Of a DNA stretch of 64,000 bases, positions 61,023-64,000 are shown piece by piece. The position numbers were made by a program, and so were the translations under genes. The number at the start of each line of letters is the position of its first letter. Positions within the stretch are counted from its first letter, which is position 1. The notes under the pieces are model-generated. The model did no database searches and was not told the origin of the DNA. It saw nothing but the letters and a program-made list of their open reading frames with translations. Source of the stretch: Octopus vulgaris (Eukaryota); assembly GCA_951406725.2 (NCBI GenBank), contig OX597823.1, positions 55,986,001 to 56,050,000 of the forward strand, read 5' to 3'.

Positions 61023-61225
61023 GTGGGTGTTGTGTCTTTGCGTCTGTGTTTGTTCCCCAACACAGCTTGACAACTGGTGTTGATGTGTTTACGTCCTGTA
61101 ACAACGGTTCAGTAAAAGAGATCGATAGAATAAGTAACAGGCTTTAAAAAAAAGGATTGGGATCGATTCATTCAGATAAAACTTCTTCAAGGCGATGCCC
61201 CAGTGTAGCCGCAGTCTAATTTTAT
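59875..61225 (+). mobile_element. SINE family B copies (~59875-60150 and ~60890-61225) plus microsatellites
   Basis: GAGTGGATTTGGTAGAC / GACGGAAACTGAAAGAAGCCCG body matches. Confidence 0.7.
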
Positions 61226-61246
61226 CTAAAAGATAAAAGATATCTA

Positions 61247-63077
61247 TAAGGTGTCCCAAAGAAATGTACTCATATTTTGACATTCCGTAACTCACTGAAT
61301 TTTTCGTTTCTTTTCAGATCAATTTGGCCCTAATAATGGCTGAGGTACGACTAAGTTTTGAAGCAGGAAAATTTATCATAAATTGCTATTGAAAGCATGA
61401 AAATATCGTGGAAATGCAAAGACAACTTAGAAAACATTTTCACAAAGTTTCACCAACACGACACACCAAAGCTAAACAAGAACTCATTAGTGACCCACGT
61501 ACGTACATAAATACATAGATGCATATATTCATACGTACGTACATAAATACATACATAAAACAAAACATACAAATCTGCACATACACATACATACAAACAA
61601 AAATGCCCTGCTGATGTTGTTGAAATTCCAATGAAGAAGCCGTGTATCTTGGTTCGAAACCAACTATTTCTCTATAGGCAAGAAATCTTGAAATAAAACT
61701 GAATAATGACATACATACATACACACACATACATACATACATACATACATACATACATACATACATACATACATACACATACACACACATGCATACATAC
61801 ATACATACATACATACATACATACACACACATACATACATACATACATACATACATACATACATACATACATACATACATACATACATACATACATACAT
61901 ACATAAATATACACATACATACATACATACATAAACATAGACAGACAAACATCCTCGCTTGTCATATTTGGGCTCGCATACAAGATAAATTCGAATCAGA
62001 TGGAACTGTGTATAACGTCCATAAAGAGCGTTCAGGAAGACCACGATCATCAACCTGCCTCACAAAGAAAAAACAATTCTTGGAAACCCTCCGGCAATCC
62101 CCACAGAAATCTATACGACAAATAGCTCGTGAGACGGCAATCCCAAAATCAAGCGCCCGTTGCATTTTAAAGCTAGTTGGTTGGAAATGTTACACTTCAA
62201 CTTTAATCCACGCACTAAATGAAGACGATCCTGACCGGAGAGTTACATTTTGTAAATGGTACCTGGGAAAATGCGAGGAAGATACAGCATTTACAACCAA
62301 AATTGTTTGGACTGATGAGGCCAGTTTTAAGTCAATGGCTCGATTAACCGACACAATTGCACCTACTGCGCTCCTGAAAAGCCGCATGTTACTATGGAAC
62401 ACTATTTGAACTTACCAGGTGTTACAGTGCGGTGTGGAATATCAGCATTGAGTATCCTAGAGCCATTCTTTTTTCTCCGAACTGTCACTGGTGATACTTA
62501 CCTAAACTTGCAACAAGAATCCGTCGTTCAAAGCGTCGAAGAGTTGCTTGGTGACGAAGAGATTTACTTTCAGTAAGATGGAGCATCTCTCCACTACTAT
62601 CGTTATGTAAGGGCCTATCTCGATGCAAGTTTGCCGAACAGATGGAGTGGGCGAAGAGGTAGTCTTGTATGTCCTGCGCGTTCACCAGACCTCACTTCAA
62701 TGGACTTCTTTTTATGGGGATTTCTCAAAGATAAGGTCTACCGCTCAAAACCAGCAACAGTCGATGGGCTGAGAGAGGAAATTGAAAGAATGTCTTGCAG
62801 TTCCAAATAAAATGATTCGTACCGTTTTTGAGTCAATTGATCCATAGTATCAACTGTTTGGAGAGCGGTGGTCGTCAGTTTGAATATTTATAGAAATGCA
62901 CTTATCCATTTTGCGTTTAACCATTGATCATTGTCAATAAACAATGTATATATTGTCATTTAAAGAGTGCATTTTTTGACAATGTATTTGCAAATTTGAA
63001 CCATTAATATTGTTTCTAAGTCAATAAACACTGAAATAATTATTTAAAGTGTGAGTACATTTTTGGGGAATGCCCTG
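61247..63077 (+). mobile_element. DD41D (rosa/Visitor-type) Tc1-mariner transposon, degenerate, with nested insertion 61468-61973
   Basis: TIRs TAAGGTGTCCCAAAGAAATGTACTCA / TGAGTACATTTTTGGGGAATGCCCTG with TA flanks; WTDEASF, FQ*DGASLHY, then 41 residues to the D in RSPDLTSMDFFLWG. Confidence 0.93.
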
Positions 63078-63419
63078 TATATAAACTTATCGACTTTTCA
63101 TCTATCTGTCTATATTGCTATCGACCCATTTATCTGTCTGTCTAACCACCCACCCAGCTATCTACTTTTATACTTATTTCTATATCAATATACATTTTAT
63201 ACATTCAAAACTTGAAAAAAAATGTTTAACCATTGAAATTTTAAAATACTTATATTCACGAACATTTAACGGTTTATATCCATGATATATATTTAAAAAA
63301 TGCTTTGTATCAGTCGCTCTCAAAGCGATCGGTATTGCCCCCGTGGGGGCAGTGGAAAGGTCCAGGGACCATCCCATTATTTGGGATGAATGGATGTAAG
63401 ATAAAAAAAAATAATTATT

Positions 63420-63728
63420 TCTTTTATTCTTTTACTGTTTTCACTCATTTGACTGCGGCCATGCAGGAGCACCGCCTTTAGTCGAACAAATCGAGCCCAG
63501 GATTTATTCTTTGTAAGCCTAGTACTTATTATACCAGTCACTTTTGCTGAACCGCAAAGTTACGGGGACGTAACCACACCAACAACGGTTGTCAAGCGAT
63601 GGTAGGGGGACAAAGACATACAAATATATACATACATACATGAATGCATGCATACATACATACATACATACATACATACATACATACATACATACATACA
63701 TACATACATACATACATACATACATACA

Positions 63729-63800
<72 letters not shown>
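63420..63800 (-). mobile_element. SINE family B 3' half with (CATA)n
   Basis: CATTTGACTGCGGCCATGC...GTTACGGGGACGTAA...GGTTGTCAAGCG. Confidence 0.8.
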
Positions 63801-63805
<5 letters not shown>

Positions 63806-64000
63806 AAATACAAAATAGGACAAGAACGCAAAACACCCGGACAACCAGGTGATGCAAAAATGGACAACAAAACATCCAGATAGACGATACAAAAAAAAGC
63901 ACGGACGGGTCATTCGAAGCCTTTTATCTTCAGTCAAGAACTGGATCATCTTCGGAATTTCGGCTGATTAATCTTGAGATTGCTCTAATCTGGCCAGCCC

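Noticed and set aside
1649-63949. Dozens of ORFs rich in YI, CV, MYVC, HTYI, poly-I or poly-N
   Set aside because: They are translations of (AT)n, (GT)n, (TATG)n and (AAT)n microsatellites, which lack stop codons in some frames

Overview
AT-rich, repeat-saturated animal DNA. It is most likely an intron or intergenic region of an octopus/cephalopod genome; this is inferred from the SINE families and microsatellite load, not from a database match. I found no supportable host protein-coding exon, and most ORFs in the track are microsatellite artefacts. The window is a mosaic of: three tRNA-derived SINE families; Tx1/L1, Dong/R4, Hero, CR1 and RTE LINE remnants; several Penelope-like element (PLE) relics carrying hammerhead-ribozyme motifs; an internally deleted Gypsy LTR element with both LTRs; Tc1/mariner elements (DD34D, DD37D, DD41D); hAT, Chapaev3-like and Helitron-like relics; and MITEs. 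The clearest anomaly is a 422-bp, ~63% GC, CpG-rich, hairpin-dense segment (54892-55313). It replaces part of a SINE without a target-site duplication and looks foreign: a candidate structured ncRNA, a bacterial-type regulatory DNA, or a contaminant/assembly chimera. Other leads are five hammerhead motifs, several fold-back duplications, a Helitron-like element carrying a hAT transposase relic, a ~1.5-kb degenerate ~27-bp repeat array, and a candidate recursive splice site.
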